The notes beneath the pieces are model-generated. The model had not been told where the DNA came from, did no database searches, and saw only the letters and a program-made list of their open reading frames with translations. Below are positions 52,147 to 64,000 of a DNA stretch of 64,000 nucleotides, in pieces (the first letter of the stretch is position 1; each line of letters begins with the position of its first letter). The position numbers and the translations under genes are program-made. Location of the stretch: the NCBI GenBank assembly GCA_016748015.1, contig JAAOMT010000098.1:263635-327634 (forward strand), read 5' to 3'. The DNA comes from Geosiphon pyriformis uo1. Lineage: Eukaryota > Fungi > Glomeromycota.

Positions 52147-54801
52147 ATTATTGAGTTAAATAATATTGTTGATTGATTTTGAAATTTTGTGTATAGCCAA
52201 TATATGGCTCATGCCTGTGTAAACAGATTGTTTTTTCTCATAAATTGTTTAAGTTATTGTAGTATTGTTGTATTGAATAACTGTTTTGTTTTATTAGTAT
52301 ACAAGTTTTAAATATTCAGGTTTTGTTTCAAGTAATAATAACAAAAGTTTCTTGGAAATTGTTGTATTTACTAATTCCAAGTTTTTTTTATCAATTCTTA
52401 GTAGAATACAACTGTTTCTGATATTTTTATTAACAATTTTACTTTTGTTATTATCTTGTCTATAATGCTTTCTAATTTTTTGTGCATCTTATATTGGATT
52501 TTTTTTTTATTATCTTTGTACTGAATAGTTTGTTGGTTAATTATAATTTCTATGTTTCATTGTTGGATCAATTGAAATAATTGTTGTATAAGTAAGTGAA
52601 TATTGTCAGTAATTTCTATCTTTTATTATTGCTTTTGTTATGTATACTGTGTCTTTATATATTATTTTGGTTAATTAGTTTAATGTGTTTGTATTGATAA
52701 TTATAATTGGTTCTAAATCTTATGAAATTTTATCTGGTTGGACTAGTATTTGTTGTATTCCCAATTGTGAAATATTACTGGTGGATAATAATATTGTATT
52801 GTAATATGGTTTCAATCAATTTTTATGTACTGCTTTAGCTAAAATTTTGTTGTTTTATCTTAGTTTATAAGCTTTATTTCCTAGAATTTCTTCAATATAA
52901 AATGGTTTATCTTATTTGGAGTCAAATTTTTTACTCTATTGTTTTTTTGCTTTGGTACAATATAAGAGTACTTTGTCTTCAATTCTGAATTCAACTGGTT
53001 TATTTGGTAATTGGTTATTATGTTATTTATTTTGTTTTTTTTGTAACTTTTAGATGTTATTAGCTGCTTTTTATCAAAGTTTTTATTAGTTTATATGTTT
53101 TTTTCAACAAAGTTCTTTGTAAATTGGCTTTAGTTATTGGTTCAGTTAAATATATATTAATTTCTATCTTAACTAGTAATATTGTTATTCTATTATAAAC
53201 AAGTTCGAATAATGTTGCTTGTGTAATATCATGCTTTATTGTCTAATAAGCAAATAGTACTGATGATATAAACAAATTTCATTTGTTTTGGTTTTCTTGA
53301 CTGATTTTGGTGATTGTTTTACACAATATTCTGTTGAATCTTTCCACTAAACTATTTGTTTGTAGATAATATGGTAATAATAATAGTCTTTTGATTCCAA
53401 ATTTTTGGCTTAATTCTGTTAATGTTCTGTTTACAAAGTAAATTTTTTGATTTGATAATAATTTTTTTGGATATTCATGTTAATAAATTAAATCTTGATG
53501 AATGAATTTGGCTACAGATTCTGTATTTGCTCTTTAAATTGCTTTTATTTTTGGCCATTTTGTGAGATAGTCTATGGCTACTGTTATAAAATAATTGTCT
53601 CTGCTGGTTATTGTTAATGATTTAATTAAGTTAATTCTAATTCTATTAAATAGTTGTCCCACTTTAATTGGTCTTAGTGATTTACTGAGTCTTGTTCCTT
53701 CTCTTTTCTAACAAGCATCACAATTTTAAATGTATTAGATAATGTCTAGATACATTAATAACTAATAATATTTTTTTCTGGTTCTTTCCATGGTTGCTTC
53801 TTTATGAAAATGTCTTACTGTCAGATCTGAATACATATTGTATAGTATTGTTTTTTTCTCTGGTTTTGTGATTACTCTAAGTAATTAATCTGAATTTTTT
53901 CTGTTTTTCTAATATAGTATATTTTAGTAAGTAATAAAATATTTTAATTGTTGTTTTATGTTGTTTTATTTCTTTTAAGATAATTTCTCCTTAAACTGTT
54001 GGATATTAATATAGTTTTGAAGTTGTTAATATTTTTGTGTATTTATTTTTTGTTATATTTTTGGTTTTAAAATGTTCTTAGATTTGTTTTATTTATAACA
54101 AACTATCAGTATTTCTGTTTTTTTTTTATAATGTACAATATATTTAAATAGTGAAAATTCTATTTTCTATTTGGCATAATAGTTATCTCCAAATTTTTGC
54201 TTTTGGATTGATGTCAATTCTTTGTGATTAGTGTATATTTCAAATTTCTAACTTAAATATTCTTTTCATTTTATGACTGCCCAATAGATAGCCAAGTATT
54301 TTAGTGCTAATGTTTTATAGTTTTTTTCAGTTGAACTTAAATTTTGACTAATATATGCTACTGGATGTTCTTGTCCATCTGGTTTTCTTTGAGATAGTAC
54401 TGCTTTCAATGTTTGACTAAATGTGTTAGTGGTAATGATAAATAACTTGTTGTAATCTGAATAGATCAATATTGGAACTTGAATAAGTTTTCTTTTTAAA
54501 ATGTCAAAAGCTTTTTGCTAAGCTTTGGTCTATTTATATTTCATATTTTTGTCTTGGAGTTGGTAAAGTGGTTGAACCAGTTTGGAGAAGTTTTGAATAA
54601 AATAACAGTAGTATTTAGCAAATTCCAAAAATATTTTTAATTTAGTAAGATTTGTTGATACAATAAACTCTCTTTATAACCACACCTTTTGGTCAACATA
54701 TTTGTGGTAACTATAGAAAAATGGGACTATAAAAAATGATTAATATCTTATCACATGATCTATATATCACATGCATAATATAATAACCAATTATATATAT
54801 T

Positions 54802-56361
54802 TTATTTAAAAAAGCTATCTATTTGCAACTGTTTTTTTTCTTCTTGAACTTTGAAAACAGTATTACGAATTAATGTTCTTAAAGTTTTAAAAAAGTCTGA
54901 ATCAACTTTTTCACTATACTGCTCTTTACAATAGCACAATGTATCTTCAAGTACAGTTTTACCTTGATGTGCAGATAGCAAAGACAAAGGTTCATCTTTA
55001 TTTTTACTTTTTAAATCTTCATTTGCATTTGAATTTCTACTATATTTGTTATTAATAAGATCCACAATTTCATCCTCTGAGGCATAAGTAAATAATGATT
55101 CAAACTTGTCAATATTAATGAAGTCTATTGCCAATAGCTTGTTAATATCAACATGCTCAATAAGAACTTGTACTTCTTATAAGAGTTTTTGTTCAATATC
55201 TAATGAATGGGCTGGCATTTGACTATTATTCAGAATTCCCATATGATGCCAACAGTTTTGAATTGTAGTTGTTGTTACTGCTGACCATGCATTAATTAGA
55301 AAGCCAACTGCATTTTTTAATGTTACTGTTGATATTAGAATCTTGTCATCATACTAATTAATAAGATGGAAAAGAAACAACTTTCGGTATTATGCCTTAA
55401 AAAATACAATAATTTCTGTATCTAATAGTTACAAATAGGATGTTATATTGGATGATAGGTATCTAATCATAATATTAGATAATATGGAAGATTCTCTATC
55501 ATAGGGACCAGCATTATCAAGCAATAGCAAAATCTTTTTTTTCTTGTAACGTATTTCTTCATTTAATAAATTAAGCCATTTACTAAAAATATCAGTTTGC
55601 ATCCATGCTTTTGTATTGTAACAATAAGTAATTGGAAGTGCATTTATATTAATATTGCGAAAACATTGTGGCTTTGCAGCTTTGCCGATAATTAAAGACT
55701 GCAACTTGATGCTGTTTGTTGCATTACAAGCAAAAAGTATGGTAATTTGACTCTTATTATGCTTGGTATCAGAGATAAATCTTGTTGTCAAAGTTGTATT
55801 TGGTGGCATTCTAAATAATAATGCTGTTTTATCAGTATTGTAAACATTATTTAGATCATATTTACTAATAATCTCATGCAGTTTTTCTCATTTCTCTGGT
55901 AAAATTTCCAAGGGGACACTGTTTGCTTTACTATGTATCTTAATATGGTGTAAATTATGATGTTTTTTGAACTTTTCTAACCAACTATCTGATGCTTTAA
56001 AGTTATTTTCTTCCAGAAACTTTTCAGCAAACTTGAAGACTTTCATTTGTAAAATTTTTCCAGTAAGAATACAGTTGGTAGCTAGTGCTCCAAGCATCCA
56101 TTCTTTCAGTACATCATTTATTTTCAGAAACATCTCTTTCTTGTTCTTTGTCAATTGACCAGAGTTGCCAAATACATTCTTTTCAATCCATTGGTCTGAT
56201 TTTATGAGTATCTTTGTTACAGTAGAGCAGTCAACTTTTAGATTAAATATTTTGATAAGTCTATTTTTTGAGTAGTCAGGATGCTCTAGTTTGTACTGGC
56301 AAAGAGTCTTTTTAGTCTCCAAGAAGATTGCTGCTTGCTTTTGGTTCACGTTTTTTGGCAT
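54802..56361 (-). pseudogene. pogo-like transposase, copy 2
   Basis: ORFs 55888..56361, 55429..55809 and 54802..55134. Same motifs as copy 1. Confidence 0.92.
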
Positions 56362-56745
56362 GTTAATAAGAACACACTTTGTATTGTATTTTGCTTTTAT
56401 AATACATTGATGTATCTGTTATGTCTCAAATATTATTTTGCCTTATATCTAATCAGACATGTGAGGTGTTTCATTTCATATGAAGTGTTTCATATTATAA
56501 AAAGTGGCCAAATTATAAAAATGAAGGTTTTAATCCAACTGTAGAATTCTAAGTACAAATGACAGATTCTAGGTAAAAAAAAACCTAATTTCGATAATGC
56601 ATCTGTGACACTTTTTGCCTCTTACCCCCAACTGATGATCAATTATGAAGGCTGTCAATTTGATCTTCCGCATACTTGTATAATTGCATAGAAGATAACA
56701 CAATGTTATGTTGTCAAGCCTTTCAAATACAATAATGCCTATATC

Positions 56746-57810
56746 AATTAGAATATCAATATAAAATACTTTGTACAATGTCAGAAATATTGGAGTAAAA
56801 GTCAACTGCAGTTTTTTAAAAAATGTTCTGATCATCATAAGTCATGGGATTTGATATGTAATATATATAGGCATACAATGGCTTCTGAATTAATGTGACT
56901 ATATATTGTTTTTAAGAAAAATCCATCTGTTGAAGATTACTTAGAATGGGCCCAAAATGAAACAAATCCCATATTTAAGTTAAAGTATAAACAAGTCTTT
57001 TTTTATTTACAAGCAATTATTAATTTTTGCACTGAAATTCGTTTCAATAGGTCTTCATTAAGACTTGCAACTAGATAAATGTTTGCACCAATTTAGTCTG
57101 CTTGATGCCATCCTATTTACTAATTAATTGAAATTACTGATAAAAAACAATGGCTACAATTAAAGCCTGAAGTTTGCAAGCTAATTTAAGAAAAAATTGT
57201 AATTTCTTGATCTAAACTTTCAAATCAACATCAAGGCCATAATACAATACTTGAAGAAATTAACAAAATACTCAAATTGTTAATTCTTTCTACACTTTTA
57301 CAACAGCATTGGGAAATTGCAGTACATAACTGTATCAAATTTGAAAAATTGCATACTAACCTCTTTAATGTTATCAGATATTCTAAAAGTGAAATATACA
57401 GATCTCATATACATCCTAGCTTTATTGTTGAATCAAATCAATTTTGAGTTCAGATAAGAAAGACACAGTTTGTAAATCCAAATGTCTCTAATTATGTTTT
57501 TCGTGATATTGGCCATGAATAGATATTAAGTGAAAAAATAAAAAAATTTAGTAATATTATACAAATAAAAAGAATAGACTTTTTTAAAGCAAGACAAATT
57601 AAGAAAATATTATTAGGTATTTGGAAACCAATTCCAGTAACAAATAAAGAAGCAGATCATTAAAAAATGTAAATCTGTTAATAAAATCACAATTATTATC
57701 TATTATTAACTTTCTAATACCTCTTTTAAGTGATCATGTTTTTGAAGCTTATCAAGTTAATTGTGTGACAGCCTAATAAATATCCTTTAAGAAGTTTGAA
57801 ATATATTGTA
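56746..57810 (+). pseudogene. Academ/DUF6589-like transposase C-half cargo, copy 2
   Basis: KCSDHHKSWDLICNIYRH...HQGHNTILEEINKILK, colinear with 13547-14612. Confidence 0.6.
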
Positions 57811-60129
57811 TTGTGTACAGTTTTGTTTACCTTGGGTTGTGTGCATTACCATTTATAATTGGCATTTTTAAAACATGATATGTTAAGTCTGAATTCGAAT
57901 CTCCATTTTGCATAATTATGTTTGGATTATGAAAAGCATTCAACATGGATTTATTTGCACCAAAAAAGTTGATTTTTAATACATTTTTAAAACTATCAGT
58001 CAAACTTTTACTTGTTAATACTAAATATTGGTCAAATAATGAATATGATTGCTAGTATGGAGCCCTTTTTTAATTATAGATGCCAAAGTTGGTGTGAAAA
58101 TGTATTTATTGGGTATATATCGGAATTTTCATGCTCTAAGTTTTATTACTGGTCACATTTTTTTTCTTAAGAAAAGATAAATTTGAACTCTGTTCCTAGT
58201 TAATTTGCTCGAGCAATGTTCTATTAACAAACTTGTTCCTGGAAAATTCCATTGGGCCATTATTCTCGCTTGTAGGTCTGTTAATTCTTTCTTTTAATAC
58301 AGAGAAAAAGTAATCTCATTAGCCAAAGTTTGATCCAAAGTAACTTCATCAATACCCACAGCAACAGCCTCCAAAGTATTACCAGCCTTTGAAACACTAC
58401 CAGTCTCCAAAGCACCAAGAGCAATAGTACTGTCTCATATGTCAACTATTATTAAAACTCTTATAATACCCACAAACAGCAAGCCAGATATAATAGTTCT
58501 GTTATTGTTTTCTGATGGCAGTGGCAGCTTATAAAGAAGAAGAGTAATTGAATGTTGTAATATTTCAGAAATTTTGTTTAGTGTTCTACAATTATTTCTA
58601 GAAACTTTTCTAATTTTTTTTACTATCATAAAAAGAATGATTTCCATTGACAAATTGGGAAATCTCCCTGATTGTACATGTCTGATTAAATATGAGATGA
58701 CATCTAATGTTTATATCTAATATCATATGATTATAGTGTGACTATAGAAAGTAGAAATTACTTATATTTTGCTATTATATTTGTAAGAATAGGGATTATA
58801 AGAAGATATATATATATAAATGGTTTTGGTTTTTAAAAAAATGTGATTATAAGAAGATAGTGACTATAACCAGAGGAGCTATAGAGAGAGTTCACTGTAC
58901 TAGAAAGTTTTTGATAATTTCAATCTTGTTTGGATCTGTTTTAATGTTGTCTTTGCTTACAATGTATTCTAAAAACTTTAATTCTGTTTTATCAAAGAAG
59001 CATTTGGTTATATTCAATTTTTATCTGGCTTTTTTTAGTCTCTTAAACACTTGCTATAGATAATAAAAATAATCATTGAATGTTTTTAAAAACACATTGG
59101 TATTATTCAAATAAACAACTACTAATTTCTATAGCAGTTCAGTATAAACAAATTTCATAAGTCATTAGAAAGTGACTAATATATTAATTAAGCCAAATGG
59201 CATAACATTAAACTCAAAATTTCTTTTTCTAATTGTAAAAGCAGTTTTTTTTTTGTCTTCTGGTTTTATGGCTACTTGCCAATAATTACTGTTCAAATCC
59301 AAAGTAGAAAACCATTTTTTTCTTCCAAATACATTGAATAATTTTTGGATTTATGGAGTTGAATAGCTGTTTCCATATGTTATACTATTAAGTTTTTAGT
59401 AATCTACACAAAAGTAGATTTTTCTATTTTTTTTCTGAACTAGTATTACTAACAATAACCATAGACTCATTAATGATTGAATTAATCTATTATTCAATAT
59501 TTGGTTGATTTCTTGTTAAATAATTTTATGGCTTGTTGGTAGTATTCTGTATGTTCTTTGTTTAATTAACATTGCATTTTCAATCTTAATTTGATGTTGA
59601 ATAATATCAGTTCTGCCAAATTCATTTTCACTGGCAAAAATATTGGTGAAATTGTTGAACAACATCTTTAGCTGTATTCATTAAAGTGAGTCTAAATTTT
59701 CCAAGTTTATTTGTTCCAATTGTTTTGATTAGAGCAAATAACATTCTTCTTATCTATATATTGCTTGTAATATAATATCCACATAACTGCACAATTGTAG
59801 AAAATTTAGAATAGTGCTTGGTCAATTTCAGTGCTTAAGTATTTAATAGTGGTTCTTCTTAGTATTTCAATGGTATCTGTCATTGTGTTGTAAATAAGAA
59901 TTTTAATGTATTTACTATTTTTAGCCAATATATAGAGATTGATGATAGCAATTTTTTCTGATTTACAAATAGTGGCTTCTACTTTAAAAACTTGAAGTTG
60001 ATCTCTCATTTTCTTTTCTATAATTACTAAATACTGGTTATATAGTAAAATAAGAATGGATTGGCTAGTGGAAATAATTTCTCTTTTGTTAATTGGTTTT
60101 TCTTTTATTATATTGACTGATATGTCTAT

Positions 60130-60545
60130 TTTATTTATGGATCCAAATTCCTTTATTCTTTTTGCAGTTATTCTTAATTCTTTTCTTGTTTCTACTAATA
60201 TTAACTAAGCTATTTTTACCAAAAATAAGAATATTCTCTGTGTTATTTTTTTATTGGGTTCAATAATATATTATTTTTCTAAGTTATTTTATAATATTAC
60301 AAGAATATTTCTTACATATTCTGTATTAATTATTCCTCCTCTAATGTTGATTCTCTTCTTTGCTAAACTCAATCTAAATACTAATTGAATTATTGTTGTT
60401 GCTAGAATTTTCAGTGCTAATTTCAGATCTATATAAATGCATGAATATGATTCCAATTTGATGACATTGTTTTTGAGATATCTTAAATCAAATTTTGTAT
60501 TAGTATTATGCACATATTTTGACATAATACTCTTATTATTATCAC
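60130..60545 (-). pseudogene. Gypsy2 dUTPase domain
   Basis: TKFDLRY, FRLSLAKK, GGIINTEY and KEFGS remnants. Confidence 0.85.
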
Positions 60546-61086
60546 TAAACCATTTGAGTTTTTGTTTTTTGGAAAGATCAGGAAGTGCAATATATTGTTC
60601 TAAGTTTAAATTAAGATTTAAATTATTACTGTTGTCATTGTTATTTTGAATAGAGCTAGAACTGTTGTTATTATCATCATTGTTAGAGTTTAAATTGTAA
60701 TTGAGTGACAATTCTGATTTTATTTTGCAGTTACTGATTGGTTTTTTCTTTTCTGAAATTATGTAGATTATGTGTAATGATGAATTATAGATGAGATTAT
60801 AATCTTTACAATACTTGAAGTTACATAGTATTAAACAATAGTTACATAGTCAGATGTTTAGCTCTTCTAAATACTGTTTTTGCTTTTTTTGTGTAGGTGC
60901 CAAGTCTTGGTAATATTCATAAAATTATTTTGAATTATTTTTAACATCATCAAAAATGTCAAAAGTGAGAATGTATTCTGGTTTGGGTAGTGTAAGTAGA
61001 TTATTTTTAATTTCCAGTAGCTTGCTAGGAGAAGCACTTTCAACTTTAATGCTTGTCATTTTCCAGATCTTGTGTTTATTATGTGG

Positions 61087-61222
61087 TGTTACAGATAATT
61101 ACTTGGAGTCTCAAAGCAAATAACAAATCCATAACTTGGTGTTTAATTGATCTATTAATGTTGGTTTTTGGAAGTTAACTGTATCTGAAAGTTTTCATGT
61201 TCTGAAGGTTTTGGTTAAGTTT
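61087..61222 (-). repeat. LTR 3'-end fragment of the Gypsy2 family nested inside Gypsy2 pol
   Basis: Near-identical to 63429-63562 and begins with the same tgttaca terminus. Confidence 0.85.
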
Positions 61223-63410
61223 TCAGTTGTTGAATAAAATGTTTTTTGGGGTAACCAAGAGACTTAAATAATGTTGGGAATTTGGATTTTGGGCATATCT
61301 AGTTTTCAAATTTTAAGAGCATGTTTCTGATTATTGGGTAGAAAAACTGGGAATCAGTTAATGGACAACCATTACCAATCTCCAGTTTTGTTGTGTCACT
61401 CTTGGCCTTTGTGTTCTGATTTGAGATAAGTTTTGTGGTAGTGTTTGAATTTGTTGGGACTGGTATATTACTTGCGGCTGTGGCTAATAAATAATAGGTG
61501 TTGTCAGCTGATAAATTGGAGCTTGATATACTAGTAGTTAATAAATTGGCTATTGTATCATTTGGATGTAATAAGATGAGTATTAATCTTGATTTGAGTA
61601 TTAATTCGGAATTTAAAACTTACAATTGGGATGTTAATATTGATTTTCCGATTGTAGGTTCTTATTATAAAAACAGCAGTTAATTCTCAAATGACATTGT
61701 TTATTACAATTGTGACAGCTACATGTCTTTTGCTACTATGGCTAATTAGATAATGATAAAGGATGTATCTGATTTTAGAAGTAATTCACGTTTTCAGAAT
61801 TATTGCATTGTTGGGGTAACTAATAAATTGCATGATTGTCAGTTAAGTATCCTTCTAATTTCTGATTAATTGAATCACTGAATTGTTTCAATTTGGATTC
61901 CAAGTCAGATAATCTATTCATGACTAGGTTTATGGCTTAGGCATAGTTAGTTTCTAATTCAGTAGCTTCAAAATCTTTAGCATTGGTGACTGCAGCTTGC
62001 AAATTGGTTGGATGCAATAGATATATACATTGCAGAATACTGCTGCATAATCCGTGAATAAATTAATTTAGGATTTGAGTCACTGTAAAATAATCAGCAT
62101 CCATTGTTTGTATCTGGTGCAGATTTCTATAGAAGCATCCCAAGTAAGTGGTAACAGCTTTAGTTTCCTTTTGTTTTATGGTAGTGAAAGTGTTGGCTAA
62201 CTGGTTAATGCTGTTATTGTTGCTAAAGTATCACAGAAATTTCAGCTTGAAGGCATTAAAATCTTGGGATTTGTTGACCAAGCTTTAATACCAAGAGTTA
62301 GCAGTATTCTGGAGAACATATGAAATGGCTTGCATGGCTTGTGCCTCATTCCATCCATTGGCTGCAATGGCTTTTTTTACATTATTCAGTCACACTTGGG
62401 CATTGTCTTTTTTGCCAGTAAATTTTTTGAGTTTTGTTATTGAGGTGTAGGCCATTGGATCTAAGTTTGGTTGTTGTGATAGTTGAAGTAATAATTGCTG
62501 AGATAGTATTGACAGTTGTTGAAGTTGTTTAGCAATTGGATCAATTGGTTGTTAATTAATGATGATTTCTGAAGGTAAATTTTGCTGATTAATTAACTTG
62601 GAGTTTGAATTGTTTTGAGTTTGCTGGGTTGAATATTCAGAGTTTCAATTTCTGGATTTTTTGCAATCAGATTTTGATAATTAAATTTTTGATCTTTTTT
62701 TTTCTTTTTTTCTAATGCCATTATCTCCCAAAGACTTGTGGTTCCGAAATCTGGTAGAAGTGGTGGTAATCAGAATTCTGATGGCATTGGTGATTGCAAT
62801 TTAAATCTTTCGAAGTAATCATCATAGGTTCTTAATAATTCCACTTTCTTTTGTTTACTTTGAAATAGTAGTCATCCAAATGTTGATGTTGTGTTTGATA
62901 TGAACATGCTTGCTGATGTAATATTGATGATACTTCTGGGTGTGTAATAATATGATAGATATAGTGGAGATTCAATTTTTTGTTTCTTTCTCATTAGTAA
63001 TTGTATTTTTTTTGGAGTTGCTGCTAGTATTTGTAACTTTTTTTTGCTTTTATCTGCATAAGTAATAGGGAATTGTTGTTGAATGTATCTTTTAATTTCT
63101 TGATTAATTTCTCTGATAATTGGTGCAAAACTGTGATTTTGTGGTAAACTGGTATGTTGGATTAATTCTGTATAGAAATTTTTTTTTGTTGATTCAATGT
63201 CAACTGGTCTTCTCAAAAAATCTGTGATTTTTTTGTTGATGTAAAAGTTGAAAGCTAATTTTACTGGATAATAATTGTTGGTTAATCTCAATTGTTGGCT
63301 GTACTGTTAAAATAAAGATTTAGCAAATCCTAAATGGTTTGTCCCTATTATTTCTGATTCTGTCACTTTTGGATGATTGTTGTTAGTGCTGGTTCTCTGT
63401 AGAATTATAT

Positions 63411-63426
63411 CTCACAGGAAGCACCA
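63411..63426 (-). promoter_or_regulatory. Primer-binding site of Gypsy2 (TGGTGCTTCCTGTGAG)
   Basis: Begins 2 nt after the LTR ...TGTAACA. Complementary to a tRNA 3' end ...CUCACAGGAAGCACCA. Confidence 0.85.
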
Positions 63427-63428
63427 AA

Positions 63429-64000
63429 TGTTACAAATGATTACTTGGGGTCTTAAAGCAAATAACAAACTCATAACTTAGTGCTTAATTGATATATTAA
63501 TGTTGGTTTCTGGAGATTAACTGTATCTGAAGGTTTTTGTGTTCTGAAAATTTTGGTTGAGTCCTTTGTATAATAAACAGAGATTCAATAGTTGTTTTTC
63601 AATTGTCTCCCAGAATCACAATTCTATTGAATTTTTTTCTTAGTATGATGGCCAATAATCTTTCTGGTAAGTTATCTTCAAATCTATGAGTTTTTTACCT
63701 TTGTTTCACAGGTCTTTTACCAGTTTCTATGACATCTATAACTCAGCACTTTTTAATCCTTAATCAATTAGTAAAACAAAAAAAATCACAAAGAAAATAA
63801 AAGAAAATAAAAGAAAATAAAGAAATAAGCCAAGACAATTGTAATTTAATATCCCATCAATAGCCATAATCAAGAGCTATTATTCTAGTGTGTTTAAGTA
63901 TTGATTACTATCAACATAAAGAGTTGATAATAAAGAGTAGATTTGAGATAGTGAATAATTTTATATTGATATTTGTGATGTAGAAAGTTGCTTAGATCAA
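63429..64000 (-). repeat. Gypsy2 5' LTR (runs off the window)
   Basis: CA terminus next to the PBS. Homologous to the LTR at 1049-1881. Confidence 0.85.

Larger units (their letters stand above)
54661..58897 (-). mobile_element. pogo/Tigger-type DNA transposon with cargo, copy 2 (4237 bp)
   Basis: TIRs caataaactctctttataa / ctatagagagagttcactg. TA TSD at 54659-60 and 58898-99. Removing it restores the host DPNKIEIIKNFLVSTNLTKL. Confidence 0.93.
52147..64000 (-). mobile_element. Ty3/Gypsy element 'Gypsy2' (partial): 5' LTR, PBS, gag, dUTPase, RT-RH-IN, partial ORF3; protease and 3' LTR lost
   Basis: gag with CHNCNKQCHLRINC (~61676-61717), dUTPase ~60130-60545, RT 58898-59600 plus 54480-54660, RNase H ORF 54266..54469, integrase ~52790-53900. 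Confidence 0.9.

Noticed and set aside
11464-58897. Segmental duplication as the explanation for the two 4.2-kb repeats
   Set aside because: Homology stops exactly at the TIRs, and each copy has its own TA TSD in a different host position.
1-64000. Bacterial endosymbiont (Mollicutes-like) or organellar origin because of the AT richness
   Set aside because: The content is eukaryotic LTR, LINE and pogo elements plus spliceosomal-type introns. No operons are present.

Overview
Eukaryotic, very AT-rich, transposon-dominated window. The protein families and short GT-AG introns point to an early-diverging fungus (Glomeromycotina/Mucoromycota; the peptides remind me of Geosiphon-type repeats). That assignment is inference, not a database result. 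Contents: (i) a complete, nested Ty3/Gypsy element (3271-18639, 4-bp TSD) with the order gag-PR-Cys-rich-dUTPase-RT-RH-IN-extra ORF; a second partial copy on the minus strand (52147->64000); and older relics. (ii) Five APE-RT-RNaseH non-LTR retrotransposons, two of them full-length with an AUGA stop/start overlap. (iii) Two copies of a ~4.25-kb pogo/Tigger-type DNA transposon carrying the same cargo, including an Academ/DUF6589-like transposase half; each copy sits in a different Gypsy pol site. (iv) A small host island (38.6-42.6 kb) with two Crinkler-type effector-like (pseudo)genes, NTPase+REase and REase+kinase. (v) A Nextera/Tn5 adapter at 39368-39386 that marks an assembly junction inside the first of those genes. 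Nearly all repeats are eroded by C>T/G>A transitions in all dinucleotide contexts. No intact gene, RNA gene or CRISPR array is supported. Coordinates of decayed relics are approximate.
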